The notes under the pieces were generated by a model. The model was given only the letters and a program-made list of their open reading frames with translations, was not told where the DNA came from and did not search any database. Positions 1-10,410 of a DNA stretch of 64,000 bases are shown here, one piece after another. The translations under genes were made by a program, and so were the position numbers. The stretch is taken from assembly GCA_958415625.1 (NCBI GenBank), contig CATYZI010000012.1, positions 1,095 through 65,094 on the forward strand. Direction: 5' to 3'. How positions within the stretch are numbered: position 1 is the stretch's first letter; the number at the start of each line of letters is the position of its first letter. The DNA is from an uncultured Collinsella sp. (GTDB taxonomy: Bacteria; Actinomycetota; Coriobacteriia; Coriobacteriales; Coriobacteriaceae).

Positions 1-842
1 TGCTGGCCGGGGGTAAATCGCGTCTGGTCCGCTACACCATGGGCGGCGAGAACTCCGATACCGGCATGATTTGCGGCGGAGCTATCTGCCTGTGCTATCT
101 GCACCTGGACGCGACCAAGGCACCGTTGTTCCAGTCGGTTGCCGACGTCTTGGCCTATCGGCGCATCGGCGACTTCGTCATCGACTTTGAGCCGTTTATC
201 GCAAGCGCGCTCGAGGGCGATGTGGCCGAGTACCATGGCGAGGCATCGCGCCATACCATTGCAGGCTGCCCCGAGCTTTCGCTGGTGGAGGAGGGGAGTA
301 GGGTCACCTACACCAACGCCGCCTCTGAGATTCCTCCCGCGCACATCGAGACGCTCTGCCCCGAGGGCCTGACCTATATCTTTGGCTGCGGACACGTGGG
401 TGCTGCGACGGCGCGGGTGCTCACGGCGGCGGGCTTTGCCGTCGTGGCCTGCGACGATCGCCCGGGCACGTTGACGCCCGAATGGGTGCCCGGTGTCTAC
501 GACCGTCGTCTGGTCGACTACAAGAACCTGAGCAAGCAGTGCCCCATCGGCCCGCGTGACCTAGTGGTCGTCGCCACAGCAGGTCACAAGTCCGATATCG
601 ACGTGGTGATTCAGGCCATGCGTGCCAAGCCTACCTATCTGGGTTGCCTGGGTTCGCGCCGCAAGACGGCCTTTGTGCGCGCCCGCCTGGAGCAGGAGGG
701 CTTTACGCAGGAGCAGATTGACGGACTGCACCTGCCGATCGGTGTCGCCATCGAGGCCGAGGACCCCGAGGAGATCGCCATCTCCATCGCTGCCGAGATG
801 ATTCACCTGCGCCGCACCAAGCTCGTCCCCCGCAAGCGCTAA
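1..842 (+). CDS. XdhC/CoxI-family accessory protein, 5' end outside window
   Basis: The frame is open from base 3. N-terminal ICGGAI motif and Rossmann-like FGCGHVGAATARVLTAAGFAVVACDDRP are typical of XdhC. Confidence 0.75.
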   Translation, partial: LAGGKSRLVRYTMGGENSDTGMICGGAICLCYLHLDATKAPLFQSVADVLAYRRIGDFVIDFEPFIASALEGDVAEYHGEASRHTIAGCPELSLVEEGSRVTYTNAASEIPPAHIETLCPEGLTYIFGCGHVGAATARVLTAAGFAVVACDDRPGTLTPEWVPGVYDRRLVDYKNLSKQCPIGPRDLVVVATAGHKSDIDVVIQAMRAKPTYLGCLGSRRKTAFVRARLEQEGFTQEQIDGLHLPIGVAIEAEDPEEIAISIAAEMIHLRRTKLVPRKR

Positions 843-858
843 TCGCATCCCCACCAAT

Positions 859-925
859 AAGTTGCGGTGAAATACGGATTGTTTAAGCCTGTTAGGCCGC
901 CAAACAGTCCCTATTTCACCGCAAC
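859..925. repeat. Palindromic repeat family A, copy 1 (aagttgcggtgaaata ... tatttcaccgcaac), followed by a T-run
   Basis: 16/14-nt arms plus an inner ggattgttt/aaacagtcc extension. It shares 16 nt with the copy at 54451-54519. ttttt at 928-932 suggests terminator use. Confidence 0.7.
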
Positions 926-987
926 AGCTTTTTGGGACCCATTTGTGCGGGGGAGTTGTGGAGTTGTGCAGGCAGACGAGGTTTTTC

Positions 988-1016
988 TGGAAATACGCTC
1001 CCGATGCGCGTATAGT
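988..1016 (+). promoter_or_regulatory. Possible promoter for rplE operon segment (tggaaa-17 nt-tatagt)
   Basis: Hexamers read by eye, about 135 nt upstream of rplE. Confidence 0.3.
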
Positions 1017-1153
1017 ACCGATTGTTTTGTCGGCTCCTGCTGCGTCGAGTCCAAACCGCAAAATGCCATGAGCGGCGCGGATGCAGCCAGGAGGCACGAG
1101 GACAACCCATCGTGGCCACGCCCCGTGCTTAAAACCCCAAGAAGGAGTGAACA

Positions 1154-1711
1154 ATGGCAGAAGAGAAGTATGTGCCGCGTCTGAAGACCAAGTACAACAA
1201 CGAGGTCAAGCAGCAGCTTCAGGACAAGTTCCAGTACGAGAACGTCATGATGATCCCCAAGTTTGAGAAGATCGTCGTGAACATGGGTGTCGGCGAGGCC
1301 GCTACCGATTCCAAGGCCATCGACGGTGCCGTGCGCGACCTGCGCGCCATCACCGGTCAGCAGCCGATGATCACCCGTGCCCGCAAGTCCATCGCTACCT
1401 TCCGCCTGCGCGCTGGTATGCCGATCGGCTGCAAGGTTACCCTGCGTGGCGACCGTATGTGGGAGTTCTTCGATCGTCTGACCTCCGTCGCGATCCCCCG
1501 TATCCGCGACTTCCGCGGCATCTCCGCCAAGAGCTTCGACGGCCGTGGTAACTTCTCCATGGGCGTCACCGAGCAGCTCATCTTCCCCGAGATCGACTTC
1601 GACTCCGTCGATCACCAGCGTGGTATGGACATCACTTTCGTGACCACCGCCAACACCGATGAGGAGGCCAAGGCCCTTCTGGACGCCTTCGGTTTCCCGT
1701 TCAAGAAATAG
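1154..1711 (+). CDS. rplE: 50S ribosomal protein L5
   Basis: The translation is typical L5 ([11 protein letters not shown]..., [18 protein letters not shown]). SD aaggag lies upstream. Confidence 0.97.
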   Translation: MAEEKYVPRLKTKYNNEVKQQLQDKFQYENVMMIPKFEKIVVNMGVGEAATDSKAIDGAVRDLRAITGQQPMITRARKSIATFRLRAGMPIGCKVTLRGDRMWEFFDRLTSVAIPRIRDFRGISAKSFDGRGNFSMGVTEQLIFPEIDFDSVDHQRGMDITFVTTANTDEEAKALLDAFGFPFKK

Positions 1712-1790
1712 GTTCACCTGCCCTATAAGCGCCGTTCCCACAAGGGGGCGGCGCTTGGGGCGAACAATACTCTATGTGAGGAGGATATAA

Positions 1791-1976
1791 GTGGCTAAGA
1801 CATCGATGATCGTCAAGTGCAATCGCAAGCAGAAGTTCTCTACTCGTGAGTACACGCGCTGCCAGCGCTGCGGCCGTCCGCACTCTGTGTACCGCAAGTT
1901 CGGCCTGTGCCGTGTCTGCTTCCGCGAGCTTGCACTCAAGGGCGAGCTTCCCGGCGTTAAGAAGGCCAGCTGGTAA
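1791..1976 (+). CDS. rpsN: 30S ribosomal protein S14 type Z (zinc form)
   Basis: 61 aa with CQRCGRP...CRVC zinc-ribbon. Position between rplE and rpsH. Confidence 0.95.
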   Translation: MAKTSMIVKCNRKQKFSTREYTRCQRCGRPHSVYRKFGLCRVCFRELALKGELPGVKKASW

Positions 1977-2095
1977 GTCACTACCAGCGTTTCAAGCATC
2001 AGTTTGGAACAGGGAAAACGCGCTAAAAAGGCTTTGCCGTTAAGGGCGGCGAAGAACCAAGAGCACGTGTTCATCAAGAACGAAGGAGAATCTGT

Positions 2096-2494
2096 ATGAA
2101 CCTTACAGACCCGATCGCAGATATGCTTACGCGCATCCGTAACGCTAACTCTGTGAACAAGGCCACGGTCTCCATGCCGAGCAGCAAGAAGCTCGTCGAG
2201 ATCGCTCGTGTTCTGCACGAGGAGGGCTACATCGAGGGCTACGATGTCGAGGACACCGTTCCCCAGAAGACTCTGCACATCACGCTTAAGTATGGTCCCA
2301 AGAAGGCTAAGGTCATCAACGGCATCCGCCGCATTTCCAAGCCGGGCCTGCGTAAGTACACCGGCGTTGCCGACATGCCCCGCGTCCGCGGTGGCCTTGG
2401 TACCGCCATTATTTCCACCAGCCATGGCGTCATGACCGACCGCGATGCTCGCAAGCACAACGTCGGCGGCGAGATCATCGCTTACGTCTGGTAA
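2096..2494 (+). CDS. rpsH: 30S ribosomal protein S8
   Basis: [17 protein letters not shown]... is canonical S8. Confidence 0.97.
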   Translation: MNLTDPIADMLTRIRNANSVNKATVSMPSSKKLVEIARVLHEEGYIEGYDVEDTVPQKTLHITLKYGPKKAKVINGIRRISKPGLRKYTGVADMPRVRGGLGTAIISTSHGVMTDRDARKHNVGGEIIAYVW

Positions 2495-2527
2495 TTCGCT
2501 CGGTAGGTAGAAGGAAAGGAGATCACC

Positions 2528-3064
2528 GTGTCTCGTATCGGTAATAAGCCTGTCCAGATTCCCGCCGGAGTCGAAGTGGCAGTCAACGGCAACAACGTTG
2601 TCGTCAAGGGCCCCAAGGGCCAGCTCGAGCTCGATGTCTTTGAGAAGCTCGCTATCAACGTCGAGGACAACGTCCTCACCGTTTCCCGTCCCGACGACGA
2701 GCGTGAGACCCGTGCCCGCCACGGCCTCACCCGTGCCCTCATCCACAACATGGTTGTTGGCGTTTCCGAGGGCTTCGAGAAGAAGCTCGAGCTCGCCGGC
2801 GTCGGTTACCGCGTGCAGCAGAAGGGCAAGAACCTCGAGTTCTCCCTGGGCTTCTCGCACCCCGTGATCGTCGAGGCTCCCGAGGGCATCACCTTCGAGG
2901 TTCCCGACAACACCCACGTGAACGTCAAGGGTATCAACAAGCAGCAGGTCGGTCAGATCGCCGCTGAGATCCGCGGCCATCGTCCTCCCGAGCCTTACAA
3001 GGGCAAGGGTATCCACTACGTTGGCGAGCACATCCGCCGCAAGCTGGGTAAGGCCGCCAAGTAG
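2528..3064 (+). CDS. rplF: 50S ribosomal protein L6
   Basis: [17 protein letters not shown]... is canonical L6, with a GTG start. Confidence 0.96.
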   Translation: MSRIGNKPVQIPAGVEVAVNGNNVVVKGPKGQLELDVFEKLAINVEDNVLTVSRPDDERETRARHGLTRALIHNMVVGVSEGFEKKLELAGVGYRVQQKGKNLEFSLGFSHPVIVEAPEGITFEVPDNTHVNVKGINKQQVGQIAAEIRGHRPPEPYKGKGIHYVGEHIRRKLGKAAK

Positions 3065-3139
3065 TCGTAACCGACTCACTCGCATAAGACCAGCACCCCG
3101 TCAGGTGCTGGCAAGATCAACCTTTTTAGGAGTTTACGT

Positions 3140-3508
3140 ATGAACAAGCATAAGGCGAAGCTGGAAGGCCTCAAGCGTCGTCAGCGTCGTGTTCGCGGCA
3201 AGGTCTCGGGTACCTCCGAGCGTCCGCGTCTTCGCGTGACCCGTACTAACGCCAACATCTATGCCCAGATCATCGACGACAGCAAGGGCTCCAGCCTGAC
3301 GCTCGTCTCTGCCTCGACCCTCGAGGCCGAGTTCAAGGGCACCCACACCTCGAACAAGGAGGCTGCGGAGAAGGTCGGTCAGCTCGTTGGCAAGCGCGCC
3401 ATCGAGGCCGGCATCACCAAGGTCGCCTTCGATCGCGGTGGCCGTATCTACCATGGCCGCGTCAAGGCCCTCGCCGACGGTGCTCGTGCCGCCGGTCTCG
3501 AGTTCTAG
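3140..3508 (+). CDS. rplR: 50S ribosomal protein L18
   Basis: Motifs [20 protein letters not shown] and [20 protein letters not shown]. Confidence 0.96.
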   Translation: MNKHKAKLEGLKRRQRRVRGKVSGTSERPRLRVTRTNANIYAQIIDDSKGSSLTLVSASTLEAEFKGTHTSNKEAAEKVGQLVGKRAIEAGITKVAFDRGGRIYHGRVKALADGARAAGLEF

Positions 3509-3522
3509 GAGGTATGTAGCAC

Positions 3523-4047
3523 ATGGCTCGTAATCAGAAGCAGCAGCGCGAGGCCTCCGAGTTCGAGGAGCGCGTCGTTTACATCAACCGCGTGTCGAAG
3601 ACCGTCAAGGGTGGTCGTCGCATGAGCCTCGTCGCTCTCGTCGTCGTTGGCGACGGCAAGGGCAACGTCGGCGTTGGCATGGGCAAGTCCGCTGAGGTGC
3701 CCATGGCCATCTCCAAGGCGTCTCTCGATGCCAAGAAGAACATGTTCCACGTGCCGGTGACCGATCAGGGCACCATCCCGCACGAGGTTCTCGGCCACTT
3801 TGGTGCCGGCCGCATCATCATCAAGCCCGCTGTCGAGGGTACCGGCGTTATCGCCGGCGGCGCTGTGCGTCCCCTCTTCGAGCTTGCTGGCATCAAGAAC
3901 GTCCTGTCCAAGTCCCTCGGTACCGACAACGGCCTCAACATCATCAAGGCTGCCGTCGAGGGCCTCAAGGAGCTCTCCAGCCCTGAGGACGTCGCGGCTC
4001 GCCGTGGCCTGACGGTCTCCGAGATGTTCGTCGGTAAGGAGAACTAA
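3523..4047 (+). CDS. rpsE: 30S ribosomal protein S5
   Basis: Motif [36 protein letters not shown]. Confidence 0.97.
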   Translation: MARNQKQQREASEFEERVVYINRVSKTVKGGRRMSLVALVVVGDGKGNVGVGMGKSAEVPMAISKASLDAKKNMFHVPVTDQGTIPHEVLGHFGAGRIIIKPAVEGTGVIAGGAVRPLFELAGIKNVLSKSLGTDNGLNIIKAAVEGLKELSSPEDVAARRGLTVSEMFVGKEN

Positions 4048-4049
4048 GC

Positions 4050-4232
4050 ATGGCTGACACCATCAAGATCAAGCAGGTCCGCAGCACCAACGGTTGCAAG
4101 CAGGACCAGGTCCGTACTGTCCGTGCCCTCGGTCTCCACAGGATCCGCGAGGTTCGCGAGATTGCTGACAACGAGTCCGTCCGCGGCATGATCTTCAAGG
4201 TCAAGCACCTTGTCGAGATTGTAGAGGAGTAG
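4050..4232 (+). CDS. rpmD: 50S ribosomal protein L30
   Basis: 60 aa, IKIKQVRSTNGCKQDQVRTVRALGL. Confidence 0.95.
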   Translation: MADTIKIKQVRSTNGCKQDQVRTVRALGLHRIREVREIADNESVRGMIFKVKHLVEIVEE

Positions 4233-4235
4233 CAA

Positions 4236-4685
4236 ATGCAGCTTCACGATCTTACTCCCGCGCCCGGTTCCACCAAGAACCGCAAGCGCGTCGGCCGTGG
4301 CAATTCTTCGGGTCACGGCACCACTTCTGGCCGCGGCCAGAAGGGCCAGGGTTCCCGCTCTGGCGGCACCAAGGGTGCCGGCTTCGAGGGTGGCCAGACT
4401 CCGCTGGCTATGCGCCTGCCCAAGCTTCCGGGCTTCCGCAATCCCCGTCGTATCGAGTACACCGCTGTTAACGTTGAGCGTCTCGAGCGTAAGTTCGAGG
4501 ATGGCGCTGTGATCGACGGTGCCGCTCTTAAGGCCGCTCGCATCACCAAGAGCGAGTTCGAGCCCGTCAAGGTGCTCGGCAATGGTGAGCTCACCAAGAA
4601 GTTCACGGTCAAGGTCGACAAGGTCAGCGCTTCTGCGCAGGCCAAGATCGAGGCCGCCGGCGGAAAGGTCGAGCTGCCGTGCTAA
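4236..4685 (+). CDS. rplO: 50S ribosomal protein L15
   Basis: Motif [21 protein letters not shown]. Confidence 0.96.
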   Translation: MQLHDLTPAPGSTKNRKRVGRGNSSGHGTTSGRGQKGQGSRSGGTKGAGFEGGQTPLAMRLPKLPGFRNPRRIEYTAVNVERLERKFEDGAVIDGAALKAARITKSEFEPVKVLGNGELTKKFTVKVDKVSASAQAKIEAAGGKVELPC

Positions 4686-5965
4686 ATGGTCTTAAGAATG
4701 CTTTCCGCATCAAAGAATTGCGCGAAAAGATTCTTTTTACCATAGCTATGCTCGTCGTGTACCGCATTGGTGCGCACGTTCCTGTGCCCGGCATTCCCTT
4801 CCAGGGGATGCTGGGCCTTTTCTCGACCGATAACAATTCGGTCGCCGCAGGTGCTATGGCCCTCCTGAATCTTTTCTCTGGCGGCGCGTTGAGCTATGTG
4901 TCGGTGTTTTCGCTGGGCATCATGCCTTACATCACCAGCTCGATCATCCTCCAGATGCTCCAGGCCGTTGTGCCTTCCCTGCATGAGCTTGCCCGCGAGG
5001 GCGAGGTCGGTCAGACCAAGATTACGCAGTATTCGCGTTATCTCACCCTGGCTCTGGCAATCCTCAACTCCGTGGGTTACCTCTTCCTCTTTAAGAGCTT
5101 CGGCATCAGCTTCAATGGCGCCGGCGCTCCCGAGATCATCTTCGACCTCATGATCGTCGGCACGCTCACCGCGGGCGCCATGCTGATCATGTGGATTGGT
5201 GAGCTCATCACCCAGCGCGGTATCGGCAATGGCATGTCGCTGATCATCTTTGCGAACATCATGGCCGGTCTGCCGCAGGCGATCTTCTCCAGCACCGAGG
5301 GCAATGCCGGTGGCATCATCACCATGGTGATCATCTGCGCCATCATCTTGCTGGTTATCCCGCTGATTGTTTTCCTTGAGCGCGGCCAGCGCCGCATCCC
5401 GGTCTCCTACGCTAAGCGCGTCGTGGGCCGTCGCATGATGGGTGGCCAGACCACCTACCTGCCCATCAAGGTCAACACCGCGGGTGTCGTGCCGATCATC
5501 TTCGCTTCGGCGCTGCTGTACTTCCCGGCTCAGATTGCCGTGTTCTTCCCCGGCATCGGCTGGATTCAGGCAGTTGCCTCCGCGCTTTCGACCGGTTGGC
5601 TCAACTGGGTGCTTAACGTTGTCCTCATCGTGTTCTTCGCGTACTTCTACACCTCCATGGTGTTCAACCCCGATGACACGGCCGATAACCTTAAGAAGCA
5701 GGGCGGCTTTATTCCGGGCGTCCGTCCGGGTAGGGCTACCGCGGCCTACATCAAGAACGCGCTCAACAAGATCACGCTTCCCAGCGCTGTCTTTTTGGCG
5801 CTCATCGCCATCGTGCCTTCGATCATCTTCTCCTTCACGGGTAACCATCTGATCCAGGCATTTGGCGGCACGTCCATCCTCATCATGGTCGGCGTCGTGC
5901 TCGACACGGTCGATAAGCTCGAAGGCCAGATCAAGATGTATGATTACGATGGATTCTTTAAATAG
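4679..5965 (+). CDS. secY: Preprotein translocase subunit SecY
   Basis: 428-aa polytopic protein in the canonical spc position, with [13 protein letters not shown] and [15 protein letters not shown]. Confidence 0.97.
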   Translation: MLNGLKNAFRIKELREKILFTIAMLVVYRIGAHVPVPGIPFQGMLGLFSTDNNSVAAGAMALLNLFSGGALSYVSVFSLGIMPYITSSIILQMLQAVVPSLHELAREGEVGQTKITQYSRYLTLALAILNSVGYLFLFKSFGISFNGAGAPEIIFDLMIVGTLTAGAMLIMWIGELITQRGIGNGMSLIIFANIMAGLPQAIFSSTEGNAGGIITMVIICAIILLVIPLIVFLERGQRRIPVSYAKRVVGRRMMGGQTTYLPIKVNTAGVVPIIFASALLYFPAQIAVFFPGIGWIQAVASALSTGWLNWVLNVVLIVFFAYFYTSMVFNPDDTADNLKKQGGFIPGVRPGRATAAYIKNALNKITLPSAVFLALIAIVPSIIFSFTGNHLIQAFGGTSILIMVGVVLDTVDKLEGQIKMYDYDGFFK

Positions 5966-5983
5966 GCTAGAGGAGGATTGCTC

Positions 5984-6610
5984 ATGAACCTCGTATTGCT
6001 CGGAGCTCCGGGTGCCGGTAAGGGCACCGTCGCACAGGAGCTCGTCGCCGAGTTTGGCGTCGCCCATATTTCCACGGGCGACCTGCTGCGTGCTGCCGTC
6101 AAGGGTGGCACCGAGCTTGGTATTCAGGCTAAGAAGTACATGGACGCTGGCGAGCTCGTTCCCGACCAGCTCGTGATCGACCTTGTCAAGGAGCGCCTTG
6201 CCGCCGATGACGCCCAACAGGGCTTCATCCTCGACGGCTTCCCGCGCAACACCGCCCAGGCTGTGACGCTCGATTCCGAGCTTTCCGCCATGGGTCGCGA
6301 GATCGACTGTGCCCTTCTGGTCGATGTAGCCCCCGAGGTCATTATCGATCGTCTGTCTTCGCGTCGCACCTGCCGCGCCTGCGGTTACACCGGCACCGCT
6401 GCCGATGCTACCTGCCCCAAGTGCGCCGGCGAGATGTATCAGCGCGACGACGACAAGCCCGAGACCATCAAGAACCGTCTCGACGTCTACGAGAAGTCCA
6501 CGAGCCCGCTCGTCGACTACTATCGTGGTCAGGGTCTGCTCAAGTCGGTCAACGGTGACCAGGCTCGCGAGACCGTGTACGGGGATGTCAAAGAGGCTCT
6601 CGGTCTATGA
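5984..6610 (+). CDS. adk: Adenylate kinase (zinc-lid type)
   Basis: GAPGAGKGT P-loop and a CRAC...CPKC lid. ATG at 5984 lies 8 nt after aggagg; the ORF track starts at TTG 5978. Confidence 0.95.
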   Translation: MNLVLLGAPGAGKGTVAQELVAEFGVAHISTGDLLRAAVKGGTELGIQAKKYMDAGELVPDQLVIDLVKERLAADDAQQGFILDGFPRNTAQAVTLDSELSAMGREIDCALLVDVAPEVIIDRLSSRRTCRACGYTGTAADATCPKCAGEMYQRDDDKPETIKNRLDVYEKSTSPLVDYYRGQGLLKSVNGDQARETVYGDVKEALGL

Positions 6611-7395
6611 TCAAGATTAAGTCTGCAACGCAAATCGAGCAGATGAAGAAGGCAGGAGCGCTATCTAAGATGGCGCTCCGCCACGTTGGAGCCATGGTGC
6701 GCCCCGGCGTTTCGACTTTTGAGCTCGATCAGCTCGCGGAGCAGATTATCCGCATGCATGGCGGCACCCCGGCCTTTAAGGGTTACGGCGGGTTCCCGGG
6801 GACCATCTGCGCATCGATCAACGATGCCGTGGTCCACGGTATTCCCAACCCCGACATGATCCTGCGCGATGGCGATATCATCTCCATCGATACGGGAGCC
6901 GTTGTCGACGGTTGGGTCGGCGATAATGCTTGGACGTTTTTCGTCGGCACCCCCACGCCCGAAGCCAAGGCTTTGTGCGAGGTCACGCGTGATTGCCTTA
7001 AGGCTGCCATCGAGCAGGCTGTTCCCGGTAACCATATCGGGGACGTCGGTTATGCCGTTCAGTCCCTCGCCGAGTCTCACGGTTACGGCGTGCTTCGTGA
7101 TTATGTGGGCCATGGCATTGGCCGCGTGATGCACGAGGACCCCAACGTTCCTAACTATGGAAAGAAGGGGAGGGGCGTTCGCCTCCAGGCCGGCATGGTC
7201 ATTGCCATCGAGCCGATGGTTACGATGGGTTCCAACCATGTGAGCACGGGCTCCGACGGTTGGATCGTCACGACCAACGACCACCTGCCCGCCGCGCACT
7301 ACGAGAACACCGTCGCCATTACCAATGACGGTCCGGTGATTCTGACCACGGATGCCCAAGGTGCTTGGTGTTCGCTCCAAGGCGGAGAAATGTAA
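6607..7395 (+). CDS. map: Type I methionine aminopeptidase
   Basis: Motifs VVHGIPN, DTGAVVDGWVGDNA and HGIGRVMHEDP. ATGA overlap with the adk stop. Confidence 0.96.
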   Translation: MIKIKSATQIEQMKKAGALSKMALRHVGAMVRPGVSTFELDQLAEQIIRMHGGTPAFKGYGGFPGTICASINDAVVHGIPNPDMILRDGDIISIDTGAVVDGWVGDNAWTFFVGTPTPEAKALCEVTRDCLKAAIEQAVPGNHIGDVGYAVQSLAESHGYGVLRDYVGHGIGRVMHEDPNVPNYGKKGRGVRLQAGMVIAIEPMVTMGSNHVSTGSDGWIVTTNDHLPAAHYENTVAITNDGPVILTTDAQGAWCSLQGGEM

Positions 7396-7493
7396 CAAGT
7401 TCCACTTAGTTGTGGAGCCATTACGAAGTTATTACGATGCGTGCATACGTGTTGTAGAATACTCAATCGCTGTCGTTTTCTAGAGAAAGATGA

Positions 7494-7718
7494 TTGCTTG
7501 TGAAGAAGGAAGACGCAATTGAGCTCGAGGGTACGGTAAAGGAACCGCTGCCCAATGCCATGTTTAAGGTCGAGCTCGAGAACGGTCATTCGGTTCTGTG
7601 CAACATTTCTGGCAAGATCCGAATGAATTACATCCGTATTCTCCCCGGTGACAGGGTTGTCGTGGAGCTTTCCCCGTACGACCTGACCCGCGGCCGCATC
7701 ACCTATCGCTACAAATAG
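7494..7718 (+). CDS. infA: Translation initiation factor IF-1
   Basis: Motif [11 protein letters not shown]...[27 protein letters not shown]. The start could be TTG 7494 or GTG 7500. Confidence 0.95.
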   Translation: MLVKKEDAIELEGTVKEPLPNAMFKVELENGHSVLCNISGKIRMNYIRILPGDRVVVELSPYDLTRGRITYRYK

Positions 7719-7868
7719 CGGCACGCATACACGCACTCCATTTCCGACTGCAGGCTTAGCTCAACCTACGGTCGGATTGTGTGTGAAGACCAGCCATAGT
7801 TTTAAACGCCTGCGGCTGGGCGAGTAGATAGTAGGGAAGTAGTTTGAGCGCTACCGAAAGGAAGAACG

Positions 7869-7982
7869 ATGAAGGTACGTCCTTCGGTCAAGAAGATGTG
7901 CGATAAGTGCAAAATCATTAGGCGCCATGGCAAGGTCCTCGTCATTTGCGAGAACCCCCGTCATAAGCAGCGTCAGGGTTAA
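7869..7982 (+). CDS. rpmJ: 50S ribosomal protein L36
   Basis: My own translation gives [37 protein letters not shown] (37 aa). It is too short for the ORF track. Confidence 0.93.
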   Translation: MKVRPSVKKMCDKCKIIRRHGKVLVICENPRHKQRQG

Positions 7983-7996
7983 GAGAGGAGACTACG

Positions 7997-8371
7997 TTGG
8001 CCCGTATTAATGGTGTCGACCTCCCGCGTGAGAAGCGCGTTGAGATCGGTCTGACCTACATTTACGGCATCGGCCGCACCACTGCGACGAAGATTTGCGT
8101 CGAGTGCAACGTTAACGTGGATACGCGCGTTAAGGACCTCACCGAGGATGAGGTTAACGCCATCCGCGATTATATCGATAAGAACCAGATCATGGTTGAG
8201 GGCGACCTCCGCCGTGAGCGCAACCAGAACGTCAAGCGCCTTATGGACATCGGCTGCAACCGCGGCCTTCGTCACCGCAAGGGCCTCCCGGTCCGCGGTC
8301 AGCGCACCCACACTAACGCTCGTACCCGCAAGGGCCCGAAGCGTCAGATCGGTGCTAAGAAGAAGAAATAA
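7997..8371 (+). CDS. rpsM: 30S ribosomal protein S13
   Basis: [26 protein letters not shown], with a TTG start. Confidence 0.96.
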   Translation: MARINGVDLPREKRVEIGLTYIYGIGRTTATKICVECNVNVDTRVKDLTEDEVNAIRDYIDKNQIMVEGDLRRERNQNVKRLMDIGCNRGLRHRKGLPVRGQRTHTNARTRKGPKRQIGAKKKK

Positions 8372-8385
8372 GGAGCGCTAGATAG

Positions 8386-8790
8386 ATGGCTACTGCTAAG
8401 AAGAACGTTCGCGCTGCCCGTCTGAAGCGCGCGGACCGTAAGAACATTTCCGTGGGCCAGGCTCACATTCGTTCTACGTTCAACAACACGATCGTTTCGA
8501 TCACCGATCCCCAGGGCAACGTCATTTCCTGGAAGTCGGCTGGCCAGGTGGGCTTCAAGGGCTCCCGTAAGTCCACGCCGTTCGCTGCCCAGATGGCTGC
8601 CGAGGCTGCTGCCAAGCAGGCCATGGAGCACGGTATGAAGAAGGTTTCCGTCTTCGTCAAGGGCCCCGGCTCCGGTCGTGAGACCGCCATCCGCTCCCTC
8701 CAGGCTGCTGGCCTCGAGGTCTCGAGCATCCAGGACAAGACCCCCATTCCGCACAACGGCTGCCGCCCCAAGAAGCGTCGCCGCGTGTAA
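8386..8790 (+). CDS. rpsK: 30S ribosomal protein S11
   Basis: Motifs [20 protein letters not shown] and [13 protein letters not shown]. Confidence 0.96.
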   Translation: MATAKKNVRAARLKRADRKNISVGQAHIRSTFNNTIVSITDPQGNVISWKSAGQVGFKGSRKSTPFAAQMAAEAAAKQAMEHGMKKVSVFVKGPGSGRETAIRSLQAAGLEVSSIQDKTPIPHNGCRPKKRRRV

Positions 8791-8809
8791 CTGAAAGGAT
8801 CGTATCAAT

Positions 8810-9406
8810 ATGGCAATCGACAGGACTCCTGTTCTTAAGCGCTGCCGTCAGCTCGGGATCGATCCCGCTGAGCTCGGTTACAGCAGCAAGAAGGAATCTA
8901 TCCGTCAGCCCAAGCGCCGTCGCAAGGAATCTGAGTACGGCATGCAGCTGCGCGAGAAGCAGAAGGTCAAGTTCATCTATGGCGTTCTGGAGAAGCAGTT
9001 CCACGGCTACTTCAACAAGGCCCGCAAGATGAACGGCGTCACCGGTGAGAACCTCATGATCATCCTTGAGTCTCGCCTCGACAACGTCGTCTTCCGTCTT
9101 GGCTTCGCCCGCACCCGCAAAGAGGCTCGTCAGTCCGTCCGTCATGGTCACTTCACCGTGAACGGCAAGCGCGTGGACATCCCGTCCTACCGCGTCAAGG
9201 CCGGCGACGTCGTCGCTGTCGGCGAGAAGTTCCGTGACCTCCTCCCCATCAAGGAGGCCCTGATTTCCTCCGAGCGCTTTGAGGTTCCTGGCTGGCTCGA
9301 GGTCGATATCGAGAAGCTGTCTGGTAACGTGCTCGCTCTGCCGACGCGTGAGCAGATCAGCGGTGATATCAACGAGCAGCTCATCGTCGAGCTCTACTCT
9401 AAGTAG
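8810..9406 (+). CDS. rpsD: 30S ribosomal protein S4
   Basis: Motif LESRLDNVVFRLGFARTRKEARQSVRHGHFTVNGKRVDIPSYRV. Confidence 0.96.
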   Translation: MAIDRTPVLKRCRQLGIDPAELGYSSKKESIRQPKRRRKESEYGMQLREKQKVKFIYGVLEKQFHGYFNKARKMNGVTGENLMIILESRLDNVVFRLGFARTRKEARQSVRHGHFTVNGKRVDIPSYRVKAGDVVAVGEKFRDLLPIKEALISSERFEVPGWLEVDIEKLSGNVLALPTREQISGDINEQLIVELYSK

Positions 9407-9438
9407 TCCATCCGGGCTGCTGAGGCTGGAGGTAATAC

Positions 9439-10380
9439 ATGTCAGAATTCATTAGGCCTCAGGTTCAGGTCGAAGAGATCAACGAGACGTCTGCTCGTGT
9501 CTCCGTCGAGCCGCTCGAGCGTGGTTACGGCGATACGCTGGGTAACTCCCTTCGTCGCGTTCTTCTGTCCTCGCTCGAGGGTGCCGCTGTCGAGGCTATT
9601 CAGATCGATGGTGCGCAGCACGAGTTCATGACCATCCCTAACATGGTCGAGGATGTCACCGACATCGTCCTGAATGTCAAGGGTCTTGTCTTCAGGGCTC
9701 TCGGCACGACCGACGAGGCGACCGCCACCATCTCGGTTGACGGCCCCTGCGAGGTCACCGGTGCGGACTTCTTTATTCCGTCCGAGTTTGAGCTGGTCAA
9801 CCCCGAGCAGCACATCGCTACGCTCACCGAGGGTGGCCATCTCACCATGAGCATGCGCATCGGCTATGGCCGCGGCTATGTTTCTGGCGAGGCCAACAAG
9901 CGCGATAACGATCCCATCGGTGTGATCCATGTCGACTCGCTGTACTCACCGGTTTCCCGTTGCGCCAAGCTCGTTGAGGCTTGTCGTGTCGGTCAGCACA
10001 CCGACTACGACCGCCTTGTCCTCGAGATCGAGACCAACGGCTCCATCGCCCCGCGCGACGCCGTGGTCCAGGCTGCCAATATCATCAACCAGCATATGGC
10101 CGCCTTTATGAACCTTGCCGAGACCCCCGAGGTCGAGGAGGAGGCTTCGATCTTCGCTCCCGAGGTCACCAACGACAACGCCGAGCTGGACAAGCAGATC
10201 GAGGATCTGGACCTTTCCGTCCGTTCCTACAACTGCCTTAAGCGCGCCAGCATTCACTCGGTCCGTCAGCTCGTTGAGTTCTCGGAGAACGATCTGCTCA
10301 ACATCCGTAACTTCGGTGTTAAGTCGATCGAGGAAGTGAAGGACAAGCTTGAGTCCATGGGCCTGAGCCTGAAGGCTTAA
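9439..10380 (+). CDS. rpoA: DNA-directed RNA polymerase subunit alpha
   Basis: 313 aa with GNSLRRVLLSS and a C-terminal LSVRSYNCLKRA domain. Confidence 0.97.
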   Translation: MSEFIRPQVQVEEINETSARVSVEPLERGYGDTLGNSLRRVLLSSLEGAAVEAIQIDGAQHEFMTIPNMVEDVTDIVLNVKGLVFRALGTTDEATATISVDGPCEVTGADFFIPSEFELVNPEQHIATLTEGGHLTMSMRIGYGRGYVSGEANKRDNDPIGVIHVDSLYSPVSRCAKLVEACRVGQHTDYDRLVLEIETNGSIAPRDAVVQAANIINQHMAAFMNLAETPEVEEEASIFAPEVTNDNAELDKQIEDLDLSVRSYNCLKRASIHSVRQLVEFSENDLLNIRNFGVKSIEEVKDKLESMGLSLKA

Positions 10381-10410
10381 TGCTTCGCATATTTGAGGAG
10401 AAACTAGACC

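Noticed and set aside
4682-6217. Very long antisense ORFs opposite real genes (for example 4682-6217, 9946-10893, 14394-15917, 33567-36347, 48582-50246, 59103-61763).
   Set aside because: These are typical high-GC artefacts. Their translations are low-complexity and Arg/Gly/Asp/His-rich, with no motifs, and the opposite strand encodes well-recognised proteins.
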